From the human T2T-CHM13v2.0 reference genome, Homo sapiens: a stretch of DNA of 64,000 nucleotides. The notes beneath the pieces are model-generated. The model searched no databases and had not been told where the DNA came from. It saw nothing but the letters and a program-made list of their open reading frames with translations. The DNA is taken from assembly GCF_009914755.1 (NCBI RefSeq), contig NC_060944.1; one strand, 5' to 3'. The position numbers and the translations under genes are program-made. Of this stretch, positions 26,966 through 42,034 are shown piece by piece. How positions within the stretch are numbered: the stretch's first letter is position 1; every line of letters starts with the position of its first letter.

Positions 26966-29900
26966 TGGTTGTTTATTTTCTTATTGTTGAGTTTTAAGAG
27001 CTCTTTGCATATTCTGTGGCTGGCTTTTATTCTTTTCATAGTGTCTTTTGCAGAGTAGAATTTGTTAATTTTAATGAAGTTCAAGCTATCAATTCTTTCA
27101 TAGATTTTTCTTTGCTGGTTTATCTGAAAAGTGACCCCCAGAACTCAAGTTCTCTAGTTGGAATTTTTAATTAAAAAAACAACAACCTTGAGCTTTACAT
27201 AAAGTTTTAATTGGTTAACACAAAAAATATTAACATACTCTTAGATCTAAAATAATTCTAATAGGTAGACATTTTGCCACCCAGTGGGTAGAGGATGGTG
27301 CCCCCAGGCTGACTGACTCTGATTTGGTTCAGGTCAGCCCTACCATGAATCTCCATCTGCTCAGCATCTACCTTGAAAGTCCAAGTGAGTAAGGGAGACG
27401 GTGACTTCTGTGGTTTCCCTGGAGATTCCCAGGGCTATCAGCGTGGCTGGGGGAGCCCCTGACTCCAGCTCGGGTGTGTGGCCTCGGTCTTAATCGGGGC
27501 TCTGGACGACGACGCACGGGGAGATAAGAGCCTGGTCCAGCCAGGCTGGCACCATGGACTATTGTGACCTCCTGTCTGGACAGCCGTCCAGTGATTGGGA
27601 CAGGTGGTCTGGGTTTTCTAGCAATGCCCCCACACCGTCTATGCCCCCTGCCTCCTGCAGCCCTGGGTCTCCCGCAGCCCCGGATCTCACGCAGCCCCGC
27701 CTGGGGCCACCACCATGACTCGCTGAAATGTCACCAGGGTAAAAAAGGTCAGAGCTGCCTGGGCCACATGAATGAGAGTCCTGTGAGCAGCTCAGCGGCC
27801 TCCCCACCAGTTGTGGAAGAGTGCCCTCTGCCCCTTCTCTGTCTCTCTGTGTCTCTGTCTCTCTCTCACTGCTGAGTCCCAGAAGGCCTCCCCGAGGTCC
27901 ACCCACCCAGACCCTCCTGGAACCCCATTTCACTCCCTCCCCATGCTCTCTAATGGCTGGCTGCCTTCACTTTTCTAGCCAGTCCTTGTGGGAGGGGTTG
28001 GGGGCAGACCTGGGCAGATGTGGACTCAGGCCCTCTAGGTTCCATCTGCCCCCGGCCCTCCCCAGAGCCCTCCTGGGAGTGTGAGTGCAGGCGTCCAGCG
28101 GAGACGCTGACACCCTCTGGAGTCCCAGCTCTGCCATGCTGGGCACTGCCACTTCTCTGAAACCGGCTTCCTCATCTGAGAAGTGGGCTGGTAAGAGTCC
28201 GCACGATGGAGAGGGTTGCACTGGACAGAGCTCTCCGTGTCAGCCCGGCTGCAGGAAGCCCCCCATGTCTGTGCCCGGAGCCCCTGGGTGCCTGGAACTT
28301 GGGGAATGAACTCAAACAGAGACCCCGCCTGCTCACTGCTGTTTGCCCAGCTGCTTCTCTGGCAGGCATGGCGGGGAATGGGGTCATTTCTGAATATTCT
28401 TTAGAATTCCAGCCTCTATTTTCACGAGCCGATCGGCTGTTCGGCCTCACACCATTGGCGAGCGAGGATCCAGCCCGTTCTGATCTCCGCCCTTGTGGGC
28501 GAGTGACAAGGTGATGTCCCTGGGGGTGAGTCAGAGGAACTAGGGGCCTCAGAGGGGCGGGGACCAGGCAGGGCCACCTCCCCACCGCAGCTCCACCCTC
28601 CCTTTGATGCTCCCTACCCGCCACCCGTCTGGAACATATGAGCGGCATGCTTAACAGAATTGTACAGTCTCTCTTTAAAATTTTTTTACAGTAAATGGAG
28701 AAAAACATTTGCATTATTTCAAGAAACTAAGTGACTGAAGTTTGTTGTTGGCTCCTGTGGACTTTCATTGATTTTCAACAATGGGACCAAGATTCTCAAT
28801 AAAAAAATATAAGCCCAACAAGGAGGCCTCTCATTTTCAGTAGATTATTTTGTTATCTTTTAGATGGGGTGCGCTATTGAAGAATATTTTGGAGATTTAA
28901 AAAAAGCAGTTTAAAAAATTAATATCTGCCCACTGTAAACAGTAGGAGAGTTGGGGCGCTCCTACTCCCACCCCCCGCCTGCCTCAGCCCCCCTCAGGTG
29001 GCCCTTACCTGCCCCATCTGGGTGGGAACAAGCCCCCCGGGCTTCAGCATCTGCTCAGGCTCACCCTTGTCAGCTGCAGATTCTCTGTGTTGGGGGAGGG
29101 TCCCAGGAGCTCCCCCCTCCCCCAGGCTGCTGTAAGTCTCCGGAGGCTTCTGTTGGGGGCAGGGAGGGGCATCCGCTTCGTGGCCTCACAGCAAAGAGAA
29201 GAGATGTTTTTTCTTTAAGAAGCAGAAGGGTGAGTGGCTGCAGACGGCTCTCCCCCAGCTTTGTTTAGATTTATCTTCTTTATAAGCTGCGCTGGGCTGG
29301 ACTCTCTGCTAAACCGCCAAGGGGATGTGTGAGCCAATTACACACTGAACTGGGCAGGAAATGTTGAGGAAAAATGAAGTTTCCATCTGGCAACTTCCAA
29401 CCCAAACTTCGCCTGGACGCGAGGGAAATCCCCGTGAGCCGCAAGATGCTCTTTGCTCAACGTCTTCACGGCACCTTCCCACGGGAGACGCGACGCAGGA
29501 ATGGAGCGGGGACGAGTGGGCCTCGGCCGGTAGCTGGCTCCCTGCGGCCTCCTACCCCGGCTGGGGTGGCCCTTTGCCTTCTTTGTGGAGAAGGGACGCC
29601 AGGGTCTTGAGACTGTTAAATAAAGCACAATCTCCGGGAAGCAGAGAGGTCGAGCATCCCCTAACCCCAGCTAGCACCCGGCAGTGACCAGCCAGCCCCG
29701 AGCCAGCCCTTTAGAGCCCCTAAACCCACAGCAAGGCTGCCTGTGGCGGAGGAGCTGGGCCCTGGACCCTGGTGCTTGCAGGCCATGGCGGGGGGAGTGG
29801 GGGGGGCTCTCTCGCACGTTTCCTTACTTGTCCCAGGGGCCAGATCCTCCCGGCTCGGGGGATGTCATGCAAGGCAGTGAGGACCCAGCGGGTCCCTGCT

Positions 29901-30225
29901 CAGGTGGAGATAAAGAGGAAGGCGATGGAGAAGGGGGCATCCATGGGCCCTGCACCCTGTCACCTGGGTGCCATCCGAGAGCCACTGCTAGGTCCCTGTG
30001 GCAGCGTCCTGTGCCACCCCTGACGCAGATGAGGGACAGGGACGGCCCACCAGCAGTGAGAAAGAGACACACCCATTGTGGAAGCTCGGATGGCCGTTCT
30101 GACGGGAAAGTCACCTGGGGTTCCCCCAGTGTTTCTACTACTGTTTGGGAGTGGACGGTGGTCGTTGTGGGTGGCTGATTAGTGCTTGTGTCTCTTCAGC
30201 TCCAACGCGAGTGGTTGACTTCCCG

Positions 30226-30681
30226 GGCTTGTCAGTCTCTGGTGGCTGCTGTGGCAAACGGACCCAAACTTAGTGGCTCGAAGCCACCTGGCTTTACTGT
30301 CTTACAGTTTTGGAGAGGTCTGCATGGGTCTCCCTGGGTCAAAATCAAGGTGTGGGCCAGGCTGCTTCCCTCTGGAGACTTCAGGGGAGGCTCGCTCCCT
30401 CCTCCCCTGCCTCTGGAAGTGCCTGCGTCCCTTGGCTCGTGGCCCCGCCTCCATCTTGAAGGCCAGCTGTGCAGCATGGCCCATGCTCCCTGCTCCATTG
30501 CACGCCTCCTACCTTCCCTGACCGCTTGAGCCCCTTGCGATGATCTGCACTGGGCCCACCCAGGGTCACCTCCCATCCCATGTCCTTCATCCCATCTGCA
30601 ATGTAAGGTGACATGGCCACCTGTTCGTTCTGCAGATTAGAATGAAGACATCTTTGGAGCCATTATTCTTCCTTCCACTCA
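30226..30681 (-). mobile_element. MLT1-family MaLR LTR, degenerate
   Basis: gctgctgtggcaaac...aaacttagtggctc, tcttacagttttggag, aaatcaaggtgt, gaagacatctttggagccattattc resemble reverse MLT1 consensus. Confidence 0.75.
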
Positions 30682-32078
30682 GGGAAGAACTTTCAGTGGG
30701 TAGCAGTGCCTTGGCTACCATGATGGGACGGCCGGGTGGCTGTCATTTCTTGGGACCCCCGCCCTAACACACCCCTGGCGACATGCTGAGCCTCACTGCA
30801 TCTTTGCAAACCTTGGCAAGTCTCCTGTTGTGCCTCTGGGGAAGCCTCTCAGTGGAAGGGCCATGTCCCTTTTGGATGTCATCTCACCACATCACTGCTT
30901 CTGCTACAGGTCTCTCCTCTGCTGGTTCCTGACAGGAAGGAGGTGCTGCCAGCGCTGACCCCACAGGGAGGGTCTGCGGAGAGGTAGCCGGGATGATGGG
31001 GTGGCTCTGGGGACCTGGGGAGCCAGGCCTGGCTGCGTGATGCTGCATTTCTGCTCGCTCAGCCTCCCCTGCCCAGCCACTGTGGAGCAGGTGTTGGTGG
31101 GGTGGGCAGTGGCTGCAGCCTGGCTCCCTTTAATGTCTACCCCAAGCGGGCCATTCGGCCTGTCCCTCCTCCGTGCTCCTTTCCCAAGCTTCAGGGTGGG
31201 GGGCATCGGACCCAAGTTCCTCTCCTTGGGGCAACCCTTGTCACTGTAGAGGTGGCTCCCTGGGGCCACTTTGAGTGGAGGGACGGCCCCCAACAACCCT
31301 GCTTTAGCCGCTGGTACTGATGATGAAGGTGGGCCAGGCCCCGAGGCTCCTTTCCACTTTTGCTTAGGTGAAGCCAAGCTGGGGAGGCTCTGAGCGCCGG
31401 GCCACCAGGGGTTTCTCTTCAGCCCCCTCCTCTGCTGCAGGGAAGTCCCTACAGCGACTCTTCCTGGAATCTGGCCCCAGTGGCTGGACGATGGGGAGAA
31501 GGAGGAGTGGGGGCGGGGTGCGCCAGCAGGCACAGGCTGCAGGCTTAGGAAGGTGGTACAGGAGGAGACCTCTTCTGCAACCATTTTAGATTTACAGAAA
31601 ATTTGCGATAATACAGAGAGTTACTGTGTACGTCTGGTGAGCTTTAAAAAAATTAAGAGACTATTTTTTATAATAGCAGTTTTAGTTTTACAGAAAAATG
31701 TTGTAGAAGTACAGAGTTCCCTTATGCCCCCTGCCCAGCATGTGCACGGCCCCCCCGCCCCCGCCCCCTACGGTCCACATCCCACCACAGGTGCAGTGGC
31801 TGCAGCAGGTGACCGGGCATCAACATGTCAACATGTCCTTATCACCCGGAGTCCGCCCTTTACCACACGGCTCGCTCTTGGCGCTGGGTGTTCTGTGGGT
31901 CTGACTTGTTTATAACGGCACAGATTTCCCCCTCCCGCTGCGTCCCATGGAGCAGCTCCACTGCCCTCTGCCCTCACACCCTCTGGGCTCCTCCTGTTCA
32001 CCCCTCCTCGCCCTAACCCTGGCAGCCACTGGTCTTTCTGCTGTCTCCGTGGTTTCGTCTTTTCAAGAGTGTCATACC

Positions 32079-33007
<929 letters not shown>

Positions 33008-33167
33008 TCATTCATTGAAACCATGCGTCATGCAGCCTCTTTAGACTGGCTTCTTTCACTTAACAATATGCCTTCAAAGTTCCTTCAGATCTTTTCAGAC
33101 CTTGATACACGTTTCCCTTTATTCTTGATCAGATTCATCATATTCAAATATCATAGTTGGTTACGAT

Positions 33168-33292
33168 TATTTTACTTTTAAAGACTGGGTTTCGCTATGT
33201 TGCCCAAGCTGGACGTGAACTCCTGGGCTCAAGCGATCCTCCCGTCTCAGCCTCCTGAGTGGTTGGGATGACAGGCGTGAGCCACGTCGTGG
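33168..33292 (-). mobile_element. Alu monomer (FLAM-like)
   Basis: gggtttcgctatgttgcccaagctgg...ctcctgggctcaagcgatcctccc...gacaggcgtgagccac. Confidence 0.8.
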
Positions 33293-33502
33293 GGCTTCAT
33301 TTCTCTCTATTGTAGAATAATATCCCATTGTCTGGATGGGCCGTAGTTTGTTTATGCGTTTAACCCTGTTCACCTGCTGAAGCACATCTTGGATGTTTGC
33401 AGGTTTTGGCGACTCTGAATGAAGCTGCTGCAAGCACCTGAGTGCAGGTTGTTTTGCGGCAGGGAAGGCCTTTGCTGTAACGATGCAGTGTGCTCAGTCC
33501 TA

Positions 33503-33979
33503 GTGTTATGGGTTGAATTATGGCCACAAAAAATTCCTGTGTTAAGTTTCTAACCCGCAGTACCCTGGAATGTGGCTTTCTTTGGAAATAGGGTCATTGC
33601 AGGTGTAATTGGTTAAGATGATGTCATACCGGAGTAGGCCTTGATCCAATGTGAGTGCGTCCTGATACAAAGGGGAAATCTGGACACACAGACACCCACG
33701 CAGGAAGGCCGTCTTCATCTTCGTGTGATGGTGACGGAAAGTTGGAGGCAGAGAGCCAGGGGGTGTTTCTATGAGCCAAGGAACGCCAGGGTGCTGGCAG
33801 CTGCCAGGAGCTGGGAGGGAGGCCTGGGACAGAGTCTTCCTCGTGGCCTCTGGAAGGAGCCAACCCCACTGACACCGGGATCTGGGACTTTGGCCTCCAG
33901 AACAACAGACAATGCATTTCTGGTGTTCAGCTGCCCAGTCTGCTGTCCTTTGTCCTGGTGGCCCCTGGACACTCACACA
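33503..33979 (+). mobile_element. MLT1C-like solo MaLR LTR
   Basis: Starts tgttatgggttgaatt; contains tttggaaatagggtcattgcag, gccaaggaacgcc and ggcctccagaac; ends ...ggacactcacac. Confidence 0.85.
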
Positions 33980-35819
33980 CCCAGTGGGCCTGTGTGTTTA
34001 GGGCTGGCCATGGCCAGGCAGCACGGGAGGACTTTGCACACGGGATCTCCTTGCAGCTTCTAACTGCCTGGGAGGGAGGTGCTGGTGTCCCTGTGTTTGG
34101 TGCTCGGGCTGCCTCCCAGGTGGTGGTCCCAGCCCAGGGCTCCGTGGCTCATCCGCTTACTGCCAGCACCCGTGATGTTCACCTCCGCCCCGGCTGAAGA
34201 CCATGAAAAGTTTGTGCTCAAACAGCGGCAGCCTGGGGTTCACCCTGGCAGGTGACCCCCCGCCCACACACGCACAGCCTCCCTAACTCTCCACGGCCCC
34301 ACTGCTGCTCCCGAGGGCTTCCAGAAATTTGGAGCTGAGGTGGGGCTTTGCGAACCTCTCCCGCCCTGTAGCCTGTCCACCCTCCTCCAGCCACCCTGCC
34401 GCTGATGAGGCGCGGATAGTTATTTCTGCAAGAAAAGCAGCTTTCTCTCTCTCTTTATTCCTTCAATTATGCAGCCACGTCTCGACAACGCCAGCCGTCA
34501 GAGCGGTCGGGCTGAGGGGGACAGCGCACAGGACAGCTGCAGCCAGCCCTGTCATGACCTTGGCCACCAGGGAACGCCCTGTGTGTTATCAAAATGAGAA
34601 ATGTTAGCCAGGCCCTCGTGAGTTTGAGACGTGGAGACAGAGCTCCTCCCCGCATTCTTAGCATGCTCGGGGGGCCTGGGGGTCTGGGCTTGTCCAAGTC
34701 CGGGGATGGGGGTGCTGCGTCTCTGTTTTCAGTTCCGGCACCTCTGCAGGCTGTCCTAGGGTGTCTGAGGCTCTTGCCCCAGACCTTGGTGGGTTTGGTA
34801 ATTAGGGGTGGTGGTGGGGTGGGGTGGGAGGTCACTGCTCTCGTGGATTGGGGGTGCTAAGGCCCACAGGCCCAGAGCGTGGCGGGAGGTTGTAGGCTCT
34901 GCGGCCAGCAGCCAGCTCTGCCCAGCTCCAGGCCCAGCTCCTTGCTGCCCCTGCCCAGGCCCCAGGGCCTCCCTCTGGCTCTGCTCCTAGAAACTATCAT
35001 CTCCTTCTAGAAACTATCATCTCCCCTCAAACCTCCAGGGGGGGTTCTCGCCCCCTTAGAATTAAACCGAAGCTCTCGTGCTGGCTGCAGGCTGACAGCA
35101 CCATGTGACACCTGGCCACTGGCTACCCCGTCATTGTCATGGTTTGCATGGGTCTCCGTGGCCTGGCTGGGTCTGGGGGTGGTGCCCAGAGGCTGGGTTC
35201 CTCACACCCAGCAGCACGCCCCGCCAACATGACCTCCCATCTCTATGCCCTCTGCAGGGACGCACTGCTGGCCTGAAGGGGTTCGAGGGAAGGCCACCTC
35301 GCGACTGCCTCTGCAGCAGAACCCCCGGGGGCTGCTGTGTCCTCTCAGCATATCTAGAGAAACACTCAGGAGGATTCTTAATGACTTCAGTGGGATGTGT
35401 TTGCGGTTTACCTTCAAAGTCGTGGCCGCCCTTTATTGAACAAACGCCTGAGTCAGAAGCTCCACTGAGCGACCCAACGCATTCGCTCTACTGGGCCGGC
35501 TGATCATCTGCAATCATCACGCTGTTTCCAGAGGAGGAAACTGAGGCACATGAGGCGTAAGCAACATGCTCAAGGAGTCACAGAGAGAAAGTGGCAGAGA
35601 GGGGATCAAACGCTGGGATTCAGAGGCGGCGCCGCTCCCACAGCTGCCTCGGGGACGGCATTCTGGGCCTGAGCCGGGCCCTGGGGCCGGGCATCCTGGC
35701 TGAGGGGCCTGGAAAGACCCTACAGTGTCTGCCACGGCCTCCTGCTGGGCCCACACAGAGCCCAGGTGATGCCCGGCACCGCTGGTCCTGTCCTTCCCCC
35801 ACAGCTGCCCACCACGGCC

Positions 35820-35874
35820 CTGCCCTTCCCTGAGCCTGCCCCTCCCTGAGCCTGCCCCTCCCTGAGCCTGCCCT
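35820..35874 (+). repeat. 16-bp tandem repeat x3 (CCCTGAGCCTGCCCCT)
   Basis: Directly visible. Confidence 0.85.
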
Positions 35875-38800
35875 TGTGGTTGTGGACCGATCAAAGCCCC
35901 CATGGCTCCCCGCCACCCCCCTTCCTGGGAGGTGACCGATACCAGAGATTAGCTGCCTAAACAATTAAAAATCCTGTTTACCGGCAACTGGGACTATTTC
36001 AGGTTTCACCTTTCAGCCAGTCAATGCCCAGTCCGTGCGGTCAATAGCAGGCTGTCTGTCTGGTGCCCAGGAAGCGAGGCTGGTAGGACCCACCATGGGG
36101 GCTTCTGGGAGGGGACAGTGGGGCTGTGTCCGAGAGGGTCGGGGGCAGTGCTGGGCCCTGGGAGCCCTGGCAGGGAACCCCTTCGGGGCAGAGTCTGGGG
36201 GCTGCCTGGGGGCTCTGTCCTCATGGGGAGTCACCAGGTGGCACTGCCTGCTGGCCCTGAGCCCTCCATGCCACTCTTTCCTCCTCTCCAAATGGCAAAA
36301 AAACAAAACAAAACAAAAAAACAGAAACAGCTCACGGGTTTGTTGGAAGATGCTGTGTGGTACGAGATGCGCAGGCCCAGTGGACAGCAAACACCCCATA
36401 GCCATGGCCGTACCAATGGTGACACAGCTGTCACCACGTGCCTCAACATCGCCCCAGCTGTGGCCTCTGGGTGGGTTCAGTGGACCTCAGCGGTTCTGGT
36501 ACCCCCAGATCTTTCCAAAGGGGCTAGGGCCGGGGGAGGGTCTGATTCAAGGAGACCAAGCACACCAGGGGTTGGAGCAGATCCAGCCCCCTCTTGTGAG
36601 AGGGCCTGTGGGACAGCCAGGGCCTCGCTCTCTGCAGTGCTCAGCTGGCCCTCCCATGCCTGGCCAGCCTCCGTCAGCTCCACTCCCGGGAGCTTGACCC
36701 TCTCTCGCCTCTTCCCCATGAACGCCCCTCCTCCCATGGCTAGAGACACACACAGGAGCTGGGACAGTGGGACGGGGGAGATGGCTCCTCCAGCCTGAAC
36801 TCAGCCCCCACCTCGAGTAAGTCACAACCTCCATACTTCCTTCCCCAGGAACCGAGTTGGCTGCAGGCTCGCAGCCTTGCCACTTAGCGTCAGTGCTCAT
36901 GGGGGGCTGGGCCCCCTTGAAAGAGAGTGAGGTGGTCAAGGAGGAGCAAGCAGGGAGAGGCCCACGGAAGCCCAGCACCTCAGCGCCACCAGGACGGGCC
37001 CCCCGCCTTCAGCCTGCAGGGCTCATTCAGTCATTCACTTAGAAAGTCTACTGGGCCCCCACAGCGTAGAGACTTGGCAAGTGAATGAAACAGCCCCCCA
37101 TACCATACTCGCAGAGCACGGAGCTCGGGCCTCGGCTGGCAGGGCCCCTATGCCCAGGACCCAGCTGGCAGGCTACAGCCGGGGTGACCCATCCGGAATC
37201 CGGGGAGATGGGCTGAGGGCTGTGGAGGGGGCCATAGGAGGGCCTGGGGGTGGGGCTGATGGAGTGGGATACAGGGCAGCCAGGCTGGGGGGCTGAAGGT
37301 GCAAGGTCACAGGGCCCGGGGCCCCCAGTCTGGGTGCCGCATGAGTCGTACCCATGTCTGGGGGACTAGGACCTGAATTGGCACAAGGCAGCACCCAGGG
37401 GCCCATCCAGCTGGAGACCTCCAGTAACAGCGGAGGATCTATCCAGCAACCACTGAGCCCTGGCCTGGTTCTGGGGACCCCTCCCCTCCCAGAAGAGCCC
37501 CCATCCCCAGGCCTGAAGGTGGGGGCTGATGTGTCTCCTGCAGTCTGGGTTCACAAGCAAGACACAGGAGGCGGGGGCTCCCTCGGCCGCAGATAGGCTC
37601 CGGGGCTGGGCTCCAGGGCTGGTGCACTTGGGCTCATGGGTGGAGCGAAGCCACATTTTTTGACAGCCCCAAAAGATGGCCAGTGCCCACGACTTCTGAC
37701 GAGAGACACACGGATGGTTCCGCGGAGGCTGGACCCTTCTGTGTGCGTCCAGGATGGCAGCAGTGAGCTAGAACAGTCACCAGGGCAGCTGACAGAGGGC
37801 AGGGGACCCCTCCACGTCCAGCCTGTCCAGAACCCCCTGGTCCCCGGCACCGCCTGGGTCTTCCCTGGTTTCTCCAGGATGCCAGACAGACGCAGGGGAC
37901 TTGCTTGTGAGAGAGGCCAGTTCCAAGGAGGCCTGCGGGAAACAAGCCCTCACTCCCCACCCCAAGGAGGGTCTTTCTCCCTTGGTTTCTGCCTCCCTGA
38001 GGTCTCCTCTTAGGTCAGAGGAGGGAGTTCCCACGGGTAAAGCACTGAGGGCGGTCGAAAGCCCCGAAGGCCACCCTGCTCCTTCCTTGCTGGTCTGGGT
38101 GACGACCCTACAGAGGGGTGGGCCTCTCACCGAGGGGCAGGGGTGCTGAGAGCAGGCACCGGGGCCTGGATGAGCTGCTGCCCCTGCCCCTGCCCTGTTC
38201 AGCCTGGCCAAGCGATCCCGGGGCTCTCATGGGGTCCCACGTTTGAAGATGCAGGGGTGGTTGAGGGAAGGGTCCCATCTAGGAAAGGGAGAGGGCTGTG
38301 GCAGGGCCAGGGGAACAGTCCAGTCATGGGGGAAGAAGGAGGCGGGTGGGAGCTGCCAGGCTGGGAGTGACGAGGCATCCCTGCTTGGGATCTGATAAAG
38401 CTTCCAGGGGCAGGGGAGGAGGGTGCAGTGTCTGTGGGTGGGGGCAGGGGGACCGGCAGGGGCAGCCACAAGAGAAGGAAACCGGATGGGAAGGGACAAG
38501 AAGGGTGACACCCACAGGGGCGGGAGCCCCAGGCTGGGTCATGGAGCTCACACTAGGCCTGAACGTGTGCTGCACATCTTGGCCAGAACAGGTAGCTCTC
38601 TGGCTGTGGGGGATCAGGTGGGGGGTCCGGTTGCTCCCAGGAGGTAGAGAGCATTCTTGAAATTGCCTCCTGGGGACTCTTAAGTCAAAACAGCCACTCT
38701 GGTGACCCCTGCTCCCATCCCACAGACAACAGGGGCTAGAACATCGGGATTGGCGTGAAATTCTGCATCTGTCTTCTCGCTTGACCCTTGCAGTGGCTCG

Positions 38801-41800
38801 TGGGACTGGATGGAACCCACTGACAGCTGGAGGCTGGAGGCAGCTCTTGGGACACTTCCCTGGCTTGGGCAGGCGTGGGAAGCCAGCACCCTGGGGTATC
38901 AGCCAGGCCTCTGGCCATAAGCAGCAGATGGCTCTGAGAGGTGGGTGCCCTTCCCACAGCCCCCAGGGCTGCTCGCTGGAGCAGAGGGGTTCCTCCCTGG
39001 GATGTCACTCTCCTAAGATGACGAGATGGAGGCTGAGAGACTGAGAGGCAGTGAGCATCTATCTACTGCCTGGCCCTTGCCCCTCACCCCCCAGTCTCCT
39101 AGGACTAAGATGGGGCTAGGCCTGTGCTGCTGCAGAAACGGACGCTTCAACCGGCCTGCCATGGCTCCCATTTCCCGACTGTCCCGGTGGAGACGGGCAC
39201 CTGGCGGCCACACACTCAGTGTCACAGCAGCCTTCGCCTCTGCGGGGACACCGGCTCATTGGCCTCCTGAGGCTGTGCGTGGACACTGGGCCCCTCGAGC
39301 CAGGCGGGGACACTTCTACCTGGCTAGTTAATGCCACTCGGTGTTAGAAGCTTGAGGCAATGTTGCCATCATTTTAAGTGCCTGCCGATTTCTGTCGTCC
39401 AGTTGGTCATCAGGACACACATATATTTTGAAGGGGCCCTTCTGATGTATCTATTGGTGGAGCTAGTTAAAGAGCCCGACCCGATGGTGGAGTGTGGGGG
39501 CAGTGAGGCCATCAGGTTTATCCAGCTGGTGAGGTAACGCCCCAGGCGGAGGCTCAGGACGGCCCGGCGCCCCACGTCGGGGACTGGGCTGGAGGGTGGC
39601 AGCGCCCTTCAACACCCTGCAGAGGGTGGGGTGAGATCACAGTGGTGGGGGCACTGCTGGGGACGGGGGGGAGGGTGGGGACAGGCAGGCCGGACACCCT
39701 GGACCCCCTTGAGGGCCTGCAGGGGTTTGAGAAGGCGGGAGGGAAGCAGAGCATGGGGAAGAAATGCAGGAGGGAAGGAGGGAGGGAAGGAAGGCTCGTT
39801 CTTTTCCCTTCTAGAAATCATGTATTGGTTATTAGAAATCACTTCAGGGCCTTGCTGCTGGTGGGGAGGAGGCGGCACCTGCAGGAGAGGCTGGCCCTGG
39901 GTGAGTCTCACGCCCCACACCCTGCTCTGCACCAGGGCGCAGACCCTCCCTGAGTAGCAGCCCCCAGGCCCCAGCCTGGCACTCATCCATCTCCAGCCCA
40001 GAGAGAGGCCCGGGGCAGCTGTGGGGCCAGGCTCCCCAAGAGGGTGGCTGAGGGGTGGGGACCGGGAGACAGATGGCGTCCGAGGCTGTCCTGCGTCTGC
40101 CTGTGGGCCTGAAGATGGATTTGAGCGCCTACTATGTGCTAGGGAGTGTGCTAGTCTTGGGGAGTCAGCCACACAGGACTAAGGGCTCTGGGGCAGGGAC
40201 GGTTGCTGCAGCCTCTGACCTCCAAGAATTGCAGTTGAGGGGGTGGGGGTCAGGGGGCTCCTGACTCACTAGTCGCATGCCCTTCACATGTGACTTCTGC
40301 ATGCCTTGTCACCTGGACTGTCACTGCTGGGCCAGCCCCACCGCCCCAGGCCACAGAAGGGTGCGCGCAAACACCCTCCTTTTCCAGGTGGGGAGGCCCA
40401 GGCCCAGGGCGGAGGCCCCTGTCCCGTCACTCAGAGTGGCAGCAGGGCTGGACACAAATGGGGGCTTCAGCTCCAGGTCAGGGAGCCCCCATCCCCAGGC
40501 CTAGAAGGGAGGGTGACTCTGCAGCTCTGTGGCCCCCATGGCCCCTCCTGTGCCCTCCCAACTCTGCTTCTGGAGAAAGGCTATTCTCGGGTTTTCCCAA
40601 CAGGTGCCGAGCACGGAGCATGAGTCTGCGCTGATGTCAGCCTCCCAAAGTGTCTTGGCTGGGCCTCGAGGCCACCTCCACCCCCAGCAGTGCTGAGAAG
40701 CCCAAGGCCCGAGACTGACAAGCGTTTCCGGGGCTGGTACATCCTGGGCTGGCTCCGAGGAGGGGTGGCTTCGGGCTGGGGCTGTTACCCTTATCCAGGG
40801 ACTAGAGCGAGGGCTGGAAAGTGCCCTTCCCTCCCCTCCAGGGGAAAAGACAACCCTGACATGGGGGTCGATGCCCCTTCCTCCAGGAAGCCCTCCTGGC
40901 CCTGGGTGGCCCCCTCTGTACCTGCGCCCCATTACTATGTAGTTGTTGGTTCTGAGCTGGGCTTTTGGGGAGGGGAGGACAGGGCTGTGTCCAAGCTGGC
41001 ACTTGGATGCCACTCTGCACGAGGCCTGTGCTAAGTCCTTTCCCAAGGGCTGGGTGCTGTGACCCTCCTGGGGAGGCGGGGAGCCCCTGGGAGGTTGGAT
41101 GCCTTGTCCAGGCAGCCTGGCTCCAGCCCTGTATCCTGCTCATGCTTTGTCCTAGCATTCAGCAGTGTGCCTGGCACTTTGTGTGGCCTCAGCAGGTAGC
41201 TCCTGAATAAAGGAATGTGTGCCCACCTCAGCCACAATTCCTACAGAGGGTGGGACCGAGGACTCATTTCAAAAGGGCTGGCGCCACTTCTGGAACCCCT
41301 GGTTCTTGGGGAGGGGCCCACACTCCAACAGGCAGACCCGGCCCAGGGCCATCTCCTGGGCCTCCACCTTGGGCTCAGAGGGGTTGGAGTTAGAGGTGCC
41401 GCCGGCAGGCAGCGTCCCCACCCCAGAGCCACCCTTGGCCCCTGCCCCCGCTCAGCCACAGAGGCCCTGCCCACAGCCTCTTGTTTCTTGGCCATGAGGA
41501 ATGAGCCCGGGGCCTGGAGGTGCCCCTGCATGGTCTCCAGGTCTCGATCACTGACAGGCACTCGGAGGTACCAGGAGGAGGCCTGTGTGGAGGCGGAGGG
41601 GCAGTGCTGCACAGAGGGAAATGTATGTGTTTTGGCTTCCAACTGCCTCTGCAATGACATAATCAGAAGGCTTTTACTGACTGGGCAATAAAACAGCTCA
41701 TCACTGTGAACACGAGTGCCTCCGCAGAGTGGCCGCCGGCTTGGCAGCCCTGGGAAGGTCACTCAGGAGCCCAGAGGAGGCCGCCTGGCAGGCAGCAGTG

Positions 41801-41945
41801 TCCCCGGAGGCCAAGCCCAAACACGGGCAGGCCCTGGGGGCTGTCGTTGGTCCTGGGCTGAGTGTAGCACAGAACCCCCAGGGTTAACCCCCCCACACCA
41901 CCCACTGTAGCTGCAGTGCTCCTGGGGCTGACCACTGCCGCAGAG

Positions 41946-42034
41946 CCCCTGCCAGGCCCCGGGAACATTGCCCCACCCCTGCCAGGCCCTGGGAATGCTG
42001 CCCCACCCCTGCCAGGCCCCAGGAACGCTGCCCC
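41946..42034 (+). repeat. 30-bp tandem repeat x3
   Basis: cccctgccaggccc starts at 41946, 41976 and 42006. Confidence 0.9.
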
